Notes: generated by a model from the letters alone, not told the origin. DNA of 64,000 nt from an uncultured Opitutaceae bacterium (GCA_903890485.1 CAITBM010000006.1:11901-75900); one strand, 5' to 3'; positions 39,048 to 49,180 are shown, numbered from the stretch's first letter. Numbers and translations are program-made.

Positions 39048-40217
39048 TCAGCGTTCAGCGAGGGGAACGTAGGGTCGTGGCTCCGGACCTGTGTAGGTCG
39101 CCCCGGGGCGGATTATCTTTCCGTCGACCCGCTGCTCCACGATGTGCGCAGCCCAACCCGCGGTCCGGGAGATGACAAAGAGCGGGGTGAAAAGCGCTGT
39201 GGGGACGCCCAGCTGGTGGTAGGCGACGGCACTGTACCAGTCGAGGTTGGGAAACATCCGCTTCTCAGCCCACAGGAGCTTCTCGATTTCCTCGGCGATC
39301 TCGAAGACCGCGAGATCTCCCTCATCCACGCAGAGCTGGCGGGTGATCTCCTTGATGATGGCACTCCGGGGATCGTCGATCGTGTAGACCGGGTGGCCAA
39401 AGCCGATAACGATCTCCTTCCGACCGATCCGTTCCAGGATGTCGGCCCGGGCTTCCTCAGGCGACTGGTAGCGCTGCATCACCTGGAGGGCCACTTCGTT
39501 GGCACCCCCGTGCTTGGGCCCCCGGAGAGCCCCGATGGCCCCCGTAATGCAGGAGTGAAAATCCGACCCTGTTCCCGCTATAACGCGCGCCGTGAAGGTT
39601 GAGGCGTTGTACTCGTGCTCGGCATAGAGGATGAGCGACCGATCGAGCACCCGCACATGCGCCGGCTCGGGCGGCCTCTGGTGGAGCAGGTGAAGGAAGT
39701 GGGCAGCGACCCGATCGTCGTCCGTCTCCACCACGATTCGCCGTCCGGAGGAGACAAAGTGATGCCAGTAGAGCAGCATCGAGGGAAAGCACGCGATCAG
39801 CCGGTCCGCTATCGCGCGAGCCGCCCCGGTGGTCGACGCGTTTCCCCCGGTTGCAGGACGCTGCTCGGTCTCGAGGTTTCCAATAACGGAGCAGGCGGTG
39901 CGAAGAACGTCCATCGGATGCGTCCCCGCTGGCAGCCGTTCGAGAACCGCCTTCAATGCGGTGGGCAGCGAGCGTAGCCCGCGCAGCCTGGTGCGGTAGG
40001 CAGCAAGCTCCTGCTCATTGGGAAGCCTCTCGTGGACGAGCAGGTGCGCCACCTCTTCGTAGGAACCTCGCGCGGCAATCTCCTTGATGTCATAGCCCCT
40101 GTAGTGGAGGTCATTGCCCGAACGGCCGACCGTGCAGATGGCAGTGTTTCCCGCAGCCACTCCGGATAGCGCGACCGACTTCTTCGCCTTGGGTCGTGGG
40201 CTTTGGGAATCGGGCAT
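39048..40217 (-). CDS. prpC: 2-methylcitrate synthase / citrate synthase family
   Basis: The citrate-synthase signature [13 protein letters not shown] is present. The gene sits between prpB and prpD. Confidence 0.9.
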   Translation of the reverse strand: MPDSQSPRPKAKKSVALSGVAAGNTAICTVGRSGNDLHYRGYDIKEIAARGSYEEVAHLLVHERLPNEQELAAYRTRLRGLRSLPTALKAVLERLPAGTHPMDVLRTACSVIGNLETEQRPATGGNASTTGAARAIADRLIACFPSMLLYWHHFVSSGRRIVVETDDDRVAAHFLHLLHQRPPEPAHVRVLDRSLILYAEHEYNASTFTARVIAGTGSDFHSCITGAIGALRGPKHGGANEVALQVMQRYQSPEEARADILERIGRKEIVIGFGHPVYTIDDPRSAIIKEITRQLCVDEGDLAVFEIAEEIEKLLWAEKRMFPNLDWYSAVAYHQLGVPTALFTPLFVISRTAGWAAHIVEQRVDGKIIRPGATYTGPEPRPYVPLAER

Positions 40218-40262
40218 TTTGGTCGGGTTCCTTGACAGGACCGTTATGGGATTACGCCGGAG

Positions 40263-41099
40263 TCAGCTCGGGGGAACGTACCCGAGAGTCCTATAGAGAT
40301 CAGAGCGGGTCTGCATGCGGCTCACGACGCTTTCCTGGGTTCCGTCCTTGCGGATAGCCTGGTACACTTCGAGGGATGCCTGGGCAGCGGCCCGGCTGGC
40401 ACTCAACGGGTAAAGGACCATCGAGACCCCGGACCGCCCGAGCTCTTCGGCCGTGAGGTAGGGCGTCTTTCCAAACTCGGTGAGGTTAGCGAGGACCGGG
40501 ACCTTCACCGCAGCGGTGAACGCCCTGAACTCCTCCAGCGAGGACAGGGCCTCGGCAAAGATCATGTCCGCACCCGCACCAACATACGCGATCGCCCGCG
40601 CAATCGCTGCCGGCACCCCCTCCACCGTGGCCGCGTCGGTCCGCGCCATGACCACAAAATGCGAGTCGGGTTTGCCGCCGACCGCCGACCGCACCCGGGC
40701 CACCATCTCCGCCGTGGGCACCAGCTGCTTCCCCGGGAGGTGTCCACAGAGCTTCGCCGGGACCTGGTCCTCTATGTGCACGGCCGCCGCGCCCGCGCCC
40801 GCGAGCTCCCTAACGGAAACGGCCGGATCATCCCAGCCCGTGTCGATGTCCACCAGCAGCGGAAGGTCCGTGCTCCCCGTGATGCGCCGTGCATCGATCA
40901 CGACGTCCGCGAGGCCCGTGCGGCCCACATCGGGGATTCCATAGGAGTGGTTGGCGACCCCCGCACCTGACAGGTAGAGAGCCCTGAACCCGGCCCTCTT
41001 CGCGAGCAATGCCGCATAGGCGTTGATCGCCCCGGCAATCTGGAGGGGATGCTCGGCCTTTACTGCGGAGCGGAATCGGGATCCGGGTGAAGGCATCAT
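40263..41099 (-). CDS. prpB: methylisocitrate lyase
   Basis: Isocitrate-lyase/PEP-mutase fold motifs are YLSGAGVA, VDIDTGWD, HIEDQ and KLCGH. Confidence 0.9.
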   Translation of the reverse strand: MMPSPGSRFRSAVKAEHPLQIAGAINAYAALLAKRAGFRALYLSGAGVANHSYGIPDVGRTGLADVVIDARRITGSTDLPLLVDIDTGWDDPAVSVRELAGAGAAAVHIEDQVPAKLCGHLPGKQLVPTAEMVARVRSAVGGKPDSHFVVMARTDAATVEGVPAAIARAIAYVGAGADMIFAEALSSLEEFRAFTAAVKVPVLANLTEFGKTPYLTAEELGRSGVSMVLYPLSASRAAAQASLEVYQAIRKDGTQESVVSRMQTRSDLYRTLGYVPPS

Positions 41100-41198
41100 T
41101 GGGGGAGAGGTCTACCCGAAGAATAATCGGGGGTTTCGTCGCGCCTCAATGGTCTTCGGATAGATTTTTCGGGGCCCGTGGACCGGCCCAATGCCGGA

Positions 41199-42140
41199 TC
41201 AGCGGCGCTTCAACAGCCGCTCGATTTCCGCCCGGGTCGGCGCCGAGGGCTGGGCCCCGATGCGGGTCACCGAGATCGAGGCAGCTGCCTGGCCAAATTG
41301 CACGGCGTCGAGGAGCGACTGACCCTCGGCGAGCGCAACCGCTAGCGCGCCATTAAAGACATCGCCCGCAGCTGTCGTGTCCACCGCCTTCGCCTTGAAC
41401 GCGGGGACGAGGCCCCCCCCTCCCCCGTTGGACACGAACGCGCCGCGGGAGCCGAGTGTGATGATCACCGTGCCGATACCCTTCTTGTGGAGCTGGGTTG
41501 CCGCCTTTTGCGCTGCCGCAGCGCCGTCGACCCGGGTGCCCGTGAGCGATTCCGCCTCATGTTCGTTGGGCGTGATGATATCGACATTGCGCAGGAGCGC
41601 GTCGGGAAGGGAACGCGCAGGCGCGGGGTTCAGGATGACTCGCATGCCGCGCCTCTGCGCAAGCGAGGCCGCGGCGGCAACTGTTGGGAGTGGCGACTCG
41701 AGCTGCACAAGGAGGATATTTCCCGCCTTGAACGAGGCACTTGCTTTCGCGACGTGGGCGGGAAGAAGCCTGAGGTTGGAGCCGGACGCCACCGCAATGC
41801 TGTTCTCTCCGCCCCCTCCGACAAAGATGAAGGCGATGCCCGAGGGTTCCTTGGGATCGACCCCTAGGTCGGAAACATCGATCCCGTCAGCCTTGAGCCC
41901 GGTGATAATGGCCTTGCCGAAGTCGTCGCGGCCCACTCGGCCCACGAATTTCACCGAGGCCCCGGCCCGGGCGGCCGTGACCGCCTGGTTCGCGCCCTTT
42001 CCGCCTCCGGCGGAGTGGAACTTTCCGCCGATCACGGTCTCCCCGATGCCCGGAATTTTGTCCACGCGGACAATCATGTCTATGCTGCAGCTGCCGACGA
42101 CGAGGACCCGGGCCTTTGAGCGATGTTTGGGTGAAGCCAT
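41199..42140 (-). CDS. rbsK: ribokinase
   Basis: PfkB motifs GGKGANQAV and DTTAAGDVFNGAL are present. Confidence 0.9.
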   Translation of the reverse strand: MASPKHRSKARVLVVGSCSIDMIVRVDKIPGIGETVIGGKFHSAGGGKGANQAVTAARAGASVKFVGRVGRDDFGKAIITGLKADGIDVSDLGVDPKEPSGIAFIFVGGGGENSIAVASGSNLRLLPAHVAKASASFKAGNILLVQLESPLPTVAAAASLAQRRGMRVILNPAPARSLPDALLRNVDIITPNEHEAESLTGTRVDGAAAAQKAATQLHKKGIGTVIITLGSRGAFVSNGGGGGLVPAFKAKAVDTTAAGDVFNGALAVALAEGQSLLDAVQFGQAAASISVTRIGAQPSAPTRAEIERLLKRR

Positions 42141-42158
42141 GATTAAAGAAAGGCAGGG

Positions 42159-43175
42159 TTAGAGGCGGGACGCGATGAGGACTGCAAGGCCTAGCCCGTA
42201 GAAGCCGAACATCGCCACCAGGAGCTTGCCCGTGCCGATGGGCGCCGACTTGAACTCCTTCCAGACAAAGACCCCCCATAGGGCACTGACCATCGTGGCC
42301 CCCTGGCCGAGCCCGTACGAAAGGGCCGGCCCAGCCTTTGCGCCGGCAATGATATTAAGGGACATCCCGACGTTCCAGATCACCCCTCCCAGGATTCCGA
42401 CCAGGTGGAGGCGGACGCTGCCCTTCTTGAAATAGTCGCCAAAGGGAACCGGGGAGCCGACGAAGGGCTTCGCCATGATCGCAGTGTTCCAAATGAAGTT
42501 CGAAGCGAGCACGCCTGCCGAGAAGAGGACAATCGCCGTGTAGGGGCTCAGCTTGCCCGCCTCCAGTTCGAGGAGACCGTTCACCTCGCGCATGGGGGCT
42601 ATCGCCCGGGCGACATAGCTGTAGAAGAAGCCCATCAGGACGCCCGCGATAATGGAGAGTATGATTCCCTTGCCCGGGGTTCGCCCCCCACCCGAGGCCA
42701 ACTTCCGGTACGCAAGGGCGTCGAGCACGATGGCCACGGCAACGGACGCCACGCCGAGAGCAAGGAGCCTGACATTGCCCTCGGGCCTCACCATGTAGGT
42801 GCTCACCACCCCAAGGATCAGGGCGAGGCCGACGCCGACCGGGAAGGCGACCGCCATGCCGGCGATGTCGATAGCCGCGACCAGGAGGATATTCGAAAGA
42901 TTGAAAATGACGCCCCCGGCAAACGCCGACCAGAGCCAGCGGCCCTCCGCCTGGTGCAGGTCGGGCAGGAATCCACGCCCGCCGGATCCTGTGCTTCCCA
43001 GGGTGAATGCGAGGATAAGCGAGAGGAGCAGGACTCCGATCGCATAGTCCCAATAGAAGAGCTGGAAACGCCATTCCTTGCCTGCGAGCTTCTGGGTGTT
43101 GGCCCAGGAGCCCCAGCAGAGCATCGTTACAAAGCAGAAGACGACCGCGACGCTGTAGCTTGTGACCGTATACAT
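42159..43175 (-). CDS. DMT-superfamily sugar transporter (GRP/GlcU-RbsU-like)
   Basis: About 10 TM helices. The N-terminal motif is MLCWGSWANTQK. It lies directly upstream of rbsK. The start is taken at MYTVTS. Confidence 0.65.
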   Translation of the reverse strand: MYTVTSYSVAVVFCFVTMLCWGSWANTQKLAGKEWRFQLFYWDYAIGVLLLSLILAFTLGSTGSGGRGFLPDLHQAEGRWLWSAFAGGVIFNLSNILLVAAIDIAGMAVAFPVGVGLALILGVVSTYMVRPEGNVRLLALGVASVAVAIVLDALAYRKLASGGGRTPGKGIILSIIAGVLMGFFYSYVARAIAPMREVNGLLELEAGKLSPYTAIVLFSAGVLASNFIWNTAIMAKPFVGSPVPFGDYFKKGSVRLHLVGILGGVIWNVGMSLNIIAGAKAGPALSYGLGQGATMVSALWGVFVWKEFKSAPIGTGKLLVAMFGFYGLGLAVLIASRL

Positions 43176-43268
43176 AATGGGGATAGGGCTCCGGGGGTAT
43201 TGGGGGCAGCCAGCAGGCAAACCCTACGGAGCGAGCGGTCCCGGGTAAACGGAGAAATGGCCCAAGGC

Positions 43269-43943
43269 TTAGGGAGCTAGGAGCGGCGCCAGTCTCTTTG
43301 AAAGGGACGCCAGGCCGGTGTCGTCGACAGCAACCGCGGCACTAAGGAGGATCTCGGCCAGTACGATCCGAACGGGAGCTATCGCGGCGCCCAAGGTGGT
43401 GCAGGCCTCGGGCGGTGTCGTAACCAGGAGCCTGCGACAGGCAGCGGGGCGGTCCTCGTAGATGCGGCAGGCGCCCCCCTCACCGAGAAAGACGCAGCGA
43501 TTTTCGACGCTCCAGAATTTTGCCCATTCGGGGCTCCTGCGCTCGCGAGAGGCCTGGGCCTTGAGCCGGTCCAGGTCCACCTCGACACCGCCCGCTACCC
43601 GGTTTCTGAGAATTTCAGCCTCGTCTGTCGTCACCTCAACCTCGCCGTGGCAGCATCCACAGCACCCGACCTTGCAGCTGACCACGACGTTCGACGCCGT
43701 CGCCATTGCCCCTTCCATCATCCGATGCAGGGCCTGGGCACGCCCTGCACCCCGCGGTGTGGCCTCCAACGATTCCTTGTATTTCTCGTAGATGTTCCGA
43801 ATCTCGGCCGACATCTCCAAAAAATCCGTAAACGGCATTGATGCCCGCTGCTGCTCCATGAATGCCCTCATCTGCGGGGTGGGAGTCCGCATATAGCCGA
43901 CGGGGTCATCCGCAGGGCCTGTCTGACTCACTGAGCCGGTCAT
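43269..43943 (-). CDS. YkgJ-family cysteine-cluster (CxxCxxCC) protein
   Basis: Motifs are SCKVGCCGCCHGEV and CVFLGEGGACRIYEDRPAACR. The start is uncertain, since the ORF is open up to 44069. Confidence 0.65.
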   Translation of the reverse strand: MTGSVSQTGPADDPVGYMRTPTPQMRAFMEQQRASMPFTDFLEMSAEIRNIYEKYKESLEATPRGAGRAQALHRMMEGAMATASNVVVSCKVGCCGCCHGEVEVTTDEAEILRNRVAGGVEVDLDRLKAQASRERRSPEWAKFWSVENRCVFLGEGGACRIYEDRPAACRRLLVTTPPEACTTLGAAIAPVRIVLAEILLSAAVAVDDTGLASLSKRLAPLLAP

Positions 43944-44115
43944 AAGAGCGATGATCGGGCCAACCGACCGGGAGTCAACGACGGGCGGCCGCAGGCAACG
44001 GCCCGGTCCAGGCTCGAGTCGTCGAAAGGCGCCTGACCGTAACCGTTCAGGTCGCCAGGATCGAAACAACCCTCGCAGCAGTACCGTTCCCTGCGCGCGT
44101 CCTACGCATCATGCC

Positions 44116-44147
44116 AAACAAAAACCCCAGGCCTGGGGCCTGGGGTT
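44116..44147 (-). terminator. rho-independent terminator downstream of porin 1
   Basis: On the minus strand, stem CCCCAGGCC/GGCCTGGGG with a 3-nt loop is followed by TTTTGTTTGG. Confidence 0.65.
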
Positions 44148-44267
44148 CAAATCTGCCGTCTGGTACCCCCGCTGCCAAAGTCTCCGCTCCCGTCGCCACC
44201 AAGCGAGAGGGAGCGGAGAGTTGGCTGGAGTAACACCCGCTAAAGATCCTGAGGATCCCGAAAGGGA

Positions 44268-45569
44268 TCAGAACTGAACCGTGACTTCGCTGCGGAGGCC
44301 GTCTGTCTGGGCCTTGGCGGCCGCGCCGAGAACGGTGTTGCTGGATTCGCCGTGAACGTAGCCGGCCTGGAGCTTCACGTCGTTGCCCTTAATGTAGTAG
44401 TTGAAGCCGAGGTAAAGCTGGTCGGCCTTGTTCATCGTGCCGCCGCTCGGCGCCGAACGAATGACGTCGGAGAGCGCCACGCCGCGGCCACCGGAGTCGA
44501 CATAGCTGTATTGGAGAACCGCTTCCCACTGGGCGTTCAGCTTGTAGGTAGGCTGGATCCAGTAGCCCTTGATGTTGGCGTTGTTATGGATTGCGATGCC
44601 GCTGTCGACCTTGGCCACCTCATATTCGCCGATAAGCCGGAATCCGCCCACCGTCAGGTCGCCGAAGGCGCCATCCAGGCTGATGTTCTGCCCGCGGCCG
44701 ATAACGGCACCGGGACCACCCTGGTCGGGCAGGAAGCCCGTCTCGTATCCGACCTTGTAGCTGCCCTTCGAGGCACCTGTGCCAAACGAGGAACCGTAGC
44801 CGACCACGCCGTAGGCGGCGAACTTGTTGGTCGTCGCTCCGCCCGTCGAACCCACGCCGCCGAGGCCGTTGATCAGGACCGCCGTGTTGGAGCCGTCACC
44901 GCTGTACTCGTTGCGCTCAGGATTGGTGAGGGCGACGTTGTAGAAGAAGCCCTCGTAGGTGCCGCTCGCGTAGATCCCCGTGCGGTAGCTGGCGGCGCCG
45001 ATACGGCGGCCGTTGTTCCCTTCGTCGAAATAGCGCGTGACGACCGAGCGCTCGATCGCCCTCAGGTCGCTGCTCGAGATGTTTTCCTCGTAGCCGAACG
45101 GCGCCTTGGCGATGCCGGCGTCGAGGACAAACGCGGGACTCTGCTTCCACTCCAGCACACCCTTGTCAAAGGAGGCGTTCGCAAGGTCATAGACCACGTT
45201 TGCGCTGAATCCGTCACCGAAACCCGCGTTCACGCCGATCAGCATGCGGCGGAAGAGGAAATGCTCGGTCGAGACCGGGTTCACGGCCACATTGTTGATC
45301 GTCGTGCCGAGGCCGGCATACTGGACCTGGAAGCGGCCCGAGAGGACGAGCTTCTTGATGTATTGGTCGCCGCTTGTCTCGACGTTCTCAGAGGATTGAG
45401 CCTTCGAGATCTGGCTCGTGATGTCCTTGGCTTCTTTGTCCGTGAGGACACCCTTCTTGATGAGGGCATCAATCAACGCCTGGCTGTCGGCGGATTGTGC
45501 AAAGGCAACTCCTGAGGTTACAACGGCGAGGCTCAAAAGCGCGAGCCACTTGGATTTGATAGGTAGCAT
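44268..45569 (-). CDS. outer-membrane porin (porin O/P-like beta-barrel), paralog 1
   Basis: The signal peptide is MLPIKSKWLALLSLAVVTSGVAFA. The sequence has alternating beta-strand character and a C-terminal ..VTVQF. The protein is 433 aa, with the start taken at the internal ATG at 45569. Confidence 0.8.
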   Translation of the reverse strand: MLPIKSKWLALLSLAVVTSGVAFAQSADSQALIDALIKKGVLTDKEAKDITSQISKAQSSENVETSGDQYIKKLVLSGRFQVQYAGLGTTINNVAVNPVSTEHFLFRRMLIGVNAGFGDGFSANVVYDLANASFDKGVLEWKQSPAFVLDAGIAKAPFGYEENISSSDLRAIERSVVTRYFDEGNNGRRIGAASYRTGIYASGTYEGFFYNVALTNPERNEYSGDGSNTAVLINGLGGVGSTGGATTNKFAAYGVVGYGSSFGTGASKGSYKVGYETGFLPDQGGPGAVIGRGQNISLDGAFGDLTVGGFRLIGEYEVAKVDSGIAIHNNANIKGYWIQPTYKLNAQWEAVLQYSYVDSGGRGVALSDVIRSAPSGGTMNKADQLYLGFNYYIKGNDVKLQAGYVHGESSNTVLGAAAKAQTDGLRSEVTVQF

Positions 45570-45888
45570 GGGTGTACTTGGTTGTGTGTGTTTCGTGGAC
45601 CGAATGGACCGGCTGCATGCTAGTGACCGATTGTTACGGCAATGTGCCGACACCGTGACACTCGGGTTAAAGGGCCCCGGGAATGAACAGTTAGAAAACT
45701 TGGGACACTTACCACCCTGGCAGCTAATGGTTTCTGAAACGCCCTGCCCGAGATCCCGGCGACCCTGGGGGGCCTCAGCGCCGGCTCCAAAATCCCACGA
45801 GGCGCCGTTCGGAATCAGGGCAAAATTGTTTCTTCGGTGAGGGCAATGGCTGTCCGATATGACACACTGCACAAAAGATGATCTTGAA

Positions 45889-45917
45889 CTAATCTATATT
45901 TGTTTAATGTAGATTAG
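45889..45917. promoter_or_regulatory. inverted repeat in AT-rich divergent-promoter spacer (candidate operator)
   Basis: CTAATCTA-N13-TAGATTAG is a perfect 8-bp inverted repeat. It lies about 40 nt upstream of the porin-2 ATG in the only strongly AT-rich stretch of this region. Confidence 0.3.
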
Positions 45918-45956
45918 ATCTAGGGTATTACCTATACCCAACCAAACCGACCTAAT

Positions 45957-47258
45957 ATGCTCAACATCAAGTCTAAATGGATTGCGACACTCGGCCTGGG
46001 CCTAGCCCTAACCGGAGCCGCACAAGCCCAGTCCGCCGATAATCAGGCACTCATCAACGCCCTCATCAAGAAGGGCGTCCTCACCGAAAAGGAGGCCAAG
46101 GACATCACCGGGGAAATCGCGAAAGCCCAGGCTTCACAGAACGTGGAGATCAATGCCGACGCCTATATCCAGAAGGTCACGGTCGGCGGCCGCTGGCAGG
46201 TCCAATATGTCGGTCTCGGCACCAGCATCAACGGGACCGGCGTGAATCCGGTTTCGACCGAGCATTTCCTGCTTCGCCGCATCTACCTCAACTTTGGCGT
46301 CCAGTTTGCCGACGGGTTCAGCGGCGCCGTGAGCTACGATGCCGCCGTCTCGGGCTTCAACCAGGCAATTCTCCAATGGAAACAAAGCGACCTCTTTTCG
46401 ATCCGCGCTGGTCTGGACAAGGCACCCTTCGGCTATGAGGAGCTCATCTCCAGCGGCGACCTGAAGGCGATCGAGCGATCCACCGTCACGAACTACTTCG
46501 ACAACGGCAATAACGGCCGGCGCCTGGGAGCCTCGGCCTACCGGACCGGGATCTTCGCGGGAGGCACCTACGAGGGCTTCTACTACGCCTTGGCCCTGAC
46601 GAACCCCGAGCGCAACGAATACGCCGGTGATTCCACGAACATCTCCGTCCTCGTCAACGGCCTGGGCGGCGTTGGGAGCACCGGTGGGGCGACCACCAAC
46701 CGGTTCGCCTATTATGGTACCGTGGGCTACAGCGGCGCCTTCGGCGAAGGCCCGACCAAGGGCAAATACAAGGTCGGCTACGAGACGGGTTTCCTCCCCG
46801 ACCAGGGCGGCCCGGGCGCAACGATCGGCGGCGGCCAGAACATCAGCTTAAGCGGCGCGTTTGTTGATGTAACCGTCGGTGCCTTCACGATTGCCGGCGA
46901 GTACGAGTCGGCCAAGGACGACAGCGGAGTCGCGATCCACCACAACGCCAACATCCACGGCTACTGGATTCAGCCCTCCTTCAAGCTGACCCCCCAGTGG
47001 GAAGCGGTGGCCAATTACAGCGCCATCAATTCCGATGGGCGGGGCGTCACCCTCTCCGACGTCGTTCGCTCGGCGCCAAGTGGCGGCACGATGAACAAGG
47101 CCGACGAGCTCTACCTCGGCTTCAACTACTACATCAAGGGCAACGACGTGAAGCTCCAGGCCGGCTACATTCACGGTTCCTCCAACGACACCGTGAAGGG
47201 CGCGCCTGCAAAGGCGGAGACGGACGGCCTGCGCAGCCAGTTCCAGATCCAGTTCTAA
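45957..47258 (+). CDS. outer-membrane porin (porin O/P-like beta-barrel), paralog 2
   Basis: The signal peptide is MLNIKSKWIATLGLGLALTGAAQA. The protein is 433 aa and collinear and gap-free with paralog 1. The C-terminus is ..FQIQF. Confidence 0.8.
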   Translation: MLNIKSKWIATLGLGLALTGAAQAQSADNQALINALIKKGVLTEKEAKDITGEIAKAQASQNVEINADAYIQKVTVGGRWQVQYVGLGTSINGTGVNPVSTEHFLLRRIYLNFGVQFADGFSGAVSYDAAVSGFNQAILQWKQSDLFSIRAGLDKAPFGYEELISSGDLKAIERSTVTNYFDNGNNGRRLGASAYRTGIFAGGTYEGFYYALALTNPERNEYAGDSTNISVLVNGLGGVGSTGGATTNRFAYYGTVGYSGAFGEGPTKGKYKVGYETGFLPDQGGPGATIGGGQNISLSGAFVDVTVGAFTIAGEYESAKDDSGVAIHHNANIHGYWIQPSFKLTPQWEAVANYSAINSDGRGVTLSDVVRSAPSGGTMNKADELYLGFNYYIKGNDVKLQAGYIHGSSNDTVKGAPAKAETDGLRSQFQIQF

Positions 47259-47307
47259 ACCATCGCTCCTCAGCTTTGGGAGCCCAAAACGGCGCCCATT
47301 CCCTAAT

Positions 47308-47347
47308 CTGGCTGTCCCGGTTTTCCGGGGCAGCCAGTTTTCGTTTT
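47308..47347 (+). terminator. rho-independent terminator downstream of porin 2
   Basis: The stem is CTGGCTGTCCCGG-TTTT-CCGGGGCAGCCAG, followed by TTTTCGTTTT. Confidence 0.7.
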
Positions 47348-47659
47348 GGCGGGCCGCGAACCTTCCGCGGGCCAACGCAAGATATGCGCAGAGGGCTCAC
47401 GGCCACCACGTCATTAAGGCGTCCTGCCACGTAATTGTCGCGACCGGCCACAGATCCATTCCCACGGACTGCGCATTAATGCATCAGATGCACGCCCCTC
47501 GAAGCGTTACTCAACTCGGGGGGCCACCTCAAACCCAAGCCAACCCCAAGACACTTCCGCCAAGAGCCTGCCGCACGCTCGCCACGAGAGAGCCGCGACA
47601 GTCGAGGGCCGGAACCCACCCACCGCGGCGCGTATTGCGCTAACCCCGGTGGCATCGGA

Positions 47660-49180
47660 TTGACCACCATGCAAAACCACACCTGTAAGATCATCCTGTT
47701 CGCGCTTACCGCTTCCGCGGCAGCCGCACAATACACCCCTCCCTCCCCGGCAGCCCCGGTCCCCGGAGTGATTGACGACTACGTAAAGAAGAACGAACCC
47801 GACCTGAAGGGGTGGGACTTCGGGATCAACGAGCGCCTTCGTTTTGAAGACAAGTCCGGCTCGGGCACGACCCATGCGGGCTCCAACTTCGACTTCGACG
47901 CAAACCCGCCGACCACCAACCACAACGACTATTGGATTTCCCGCCTCCTTCCGCGAATCGGCTACACGGGCGATTGGGTTTCGGCGGTGGTCGAGGCCCG
48001 CTCGAGCTACTCCATCGGCGACGACCGGTACACGGCAACCGCAGCCGGCAAGAATCTTGCCGAGAACGACGGCCCCCTGCAGCTCGAGCTCGCTTATGTC
48101 GCGATCGGCAACCCGAAGCAGTGCCCTGTCTCGGTCAAGGTCGGGCGCCAGTACCTCACCTACGGGGAGGGCCGCCTGGTTGGAAATGCCTTCTGGCTGA
48201 ACATCCCCCACACCTTCGATGCCGTGAAGGTGCGCTATCAGGACGCGTTCTTCGGGGTCGATCTCTTCGCCTCCAACCTGGTCTACGTTCGCGGGAGCCA
48301 CTTCGACCAGTCCAACTCCCAGGACACACTCTCGGGCGCCTATTTCGACTTCCCGGGGATCTCCAAGCAAAGCGTAAACGAGGCCTACGTGTTCGCGCGC
48401 AACGTGGCCCGTGGGATACTGACCGACGATTGGACGCTGGTTCCGGCGCCGTTTCGGTTCACGGCACCCCAGGATACCTACACCCTGGGACTGCGCTCCA
48501 AGTCAAAGCCCGGAGCTTTCGGGCCCTGGGACTACGGAATCGAGGCCATGTGGCAGGTGGGCGACCGCACGACCGTGTTTCCGGCAACCCCGCTCGCCAC
48601 GGCAAAGGCCGCCCCCCGCCTCGACCAGAACGCTTGGGCCTTCATCGTGCAGGGCGGCTACACCTGGAAGGACCTGGCGCTCAAACCCCGGCTGGCGCTC
48701 ATCATCAGCTGCGCTTCGGGCGACCAAAACCCCACCGACAAGACCAGCCAAACCTTCCTGAACGTCCTCCCGTCAAACCACGGGCTCTACGGGGCCATGG
48801 ATCTCTCCAGCCTGCAGAACATCGTGGATGACCGCCTCTCGTTCACCATAAAGCCGAGCCCGACCACCAGCCTGGCCCTTGACGTTCACCAGCAGTCTCT
48901 GGAGAACAACCACGATTATTGGTACAATGTCGCGGGAGTCCCGAGGAACACGCCCGGGGCCGCGGCCGGAAGCGGCAAGGGTTTCGGGATAAACCCCGGG
49001 TACAAGTCGGACATCGGCCGGGAGGTCGATGTGATCGGCGGGTGGACCGCAACGAAGGGCGTGCTGCTGGAGATGGGCATCGGTCACTTTATCCGCGGGG
49101 ACTACGTGAAGCAGTCCCTTCGGGCGGTGGGATCGAAGGACTCCGACTACGCCTATGTGCAGGCGACGATCAATCTCTGA
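47660..49180 (+). CDS. alginate-export (AlgE-like) family outer-membrane beta-barrel
   Basis: A signal peptide is present. Motifs are INERLRFED and VKVGRQYLTYGEGRLVGNAFWLNIPHTFDAVKVRY, typical of the alginate_exp family. Confidence 0.7.
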   Translation: MTTMQNHTCKIILFALTASAAAAQYTPPSPAAPVPGVIDDYVKKNEPDLKGWDFGINERLRFEDKSGSGTTHAGSNFDFDANPPTTNHNDYWISRLLPRIGYTGDWVSAVVEARSSYSIGDDRYTATAAGKNLAENDGPLQLELAYVAIGNPKQCPVSVKVGRQYLTYGEGRLVGNAFWLNIPHTFDAVKVRYQDAFFGVDLFASNLVYVRGSHFDQSNSQDTLSGAYFDFPGISKQSVNEAYVFARNVARGILTDDWTLVPAPFRFTAPQDTYTLGLRSKSKPGAFGPWDYGIEAMWQVGDRTTVFPATPLATAKAAPRLDQNAWAFIVQGGYTWKDLALKPRLALIISCASGDQNPTDKTSQTFLNVLPSNHGLYGAMDLSSLQNIVDDRLSFTIKPSPTTSLALDVHQQSLENNHDYWYNVAGVPRNTPGAAAGSGKGFGINPGYKSDIGREVDVIGGWTATKGVLLEMGIGHFIRGDYVKQSLRAVGSKDSDYAYVQATINL

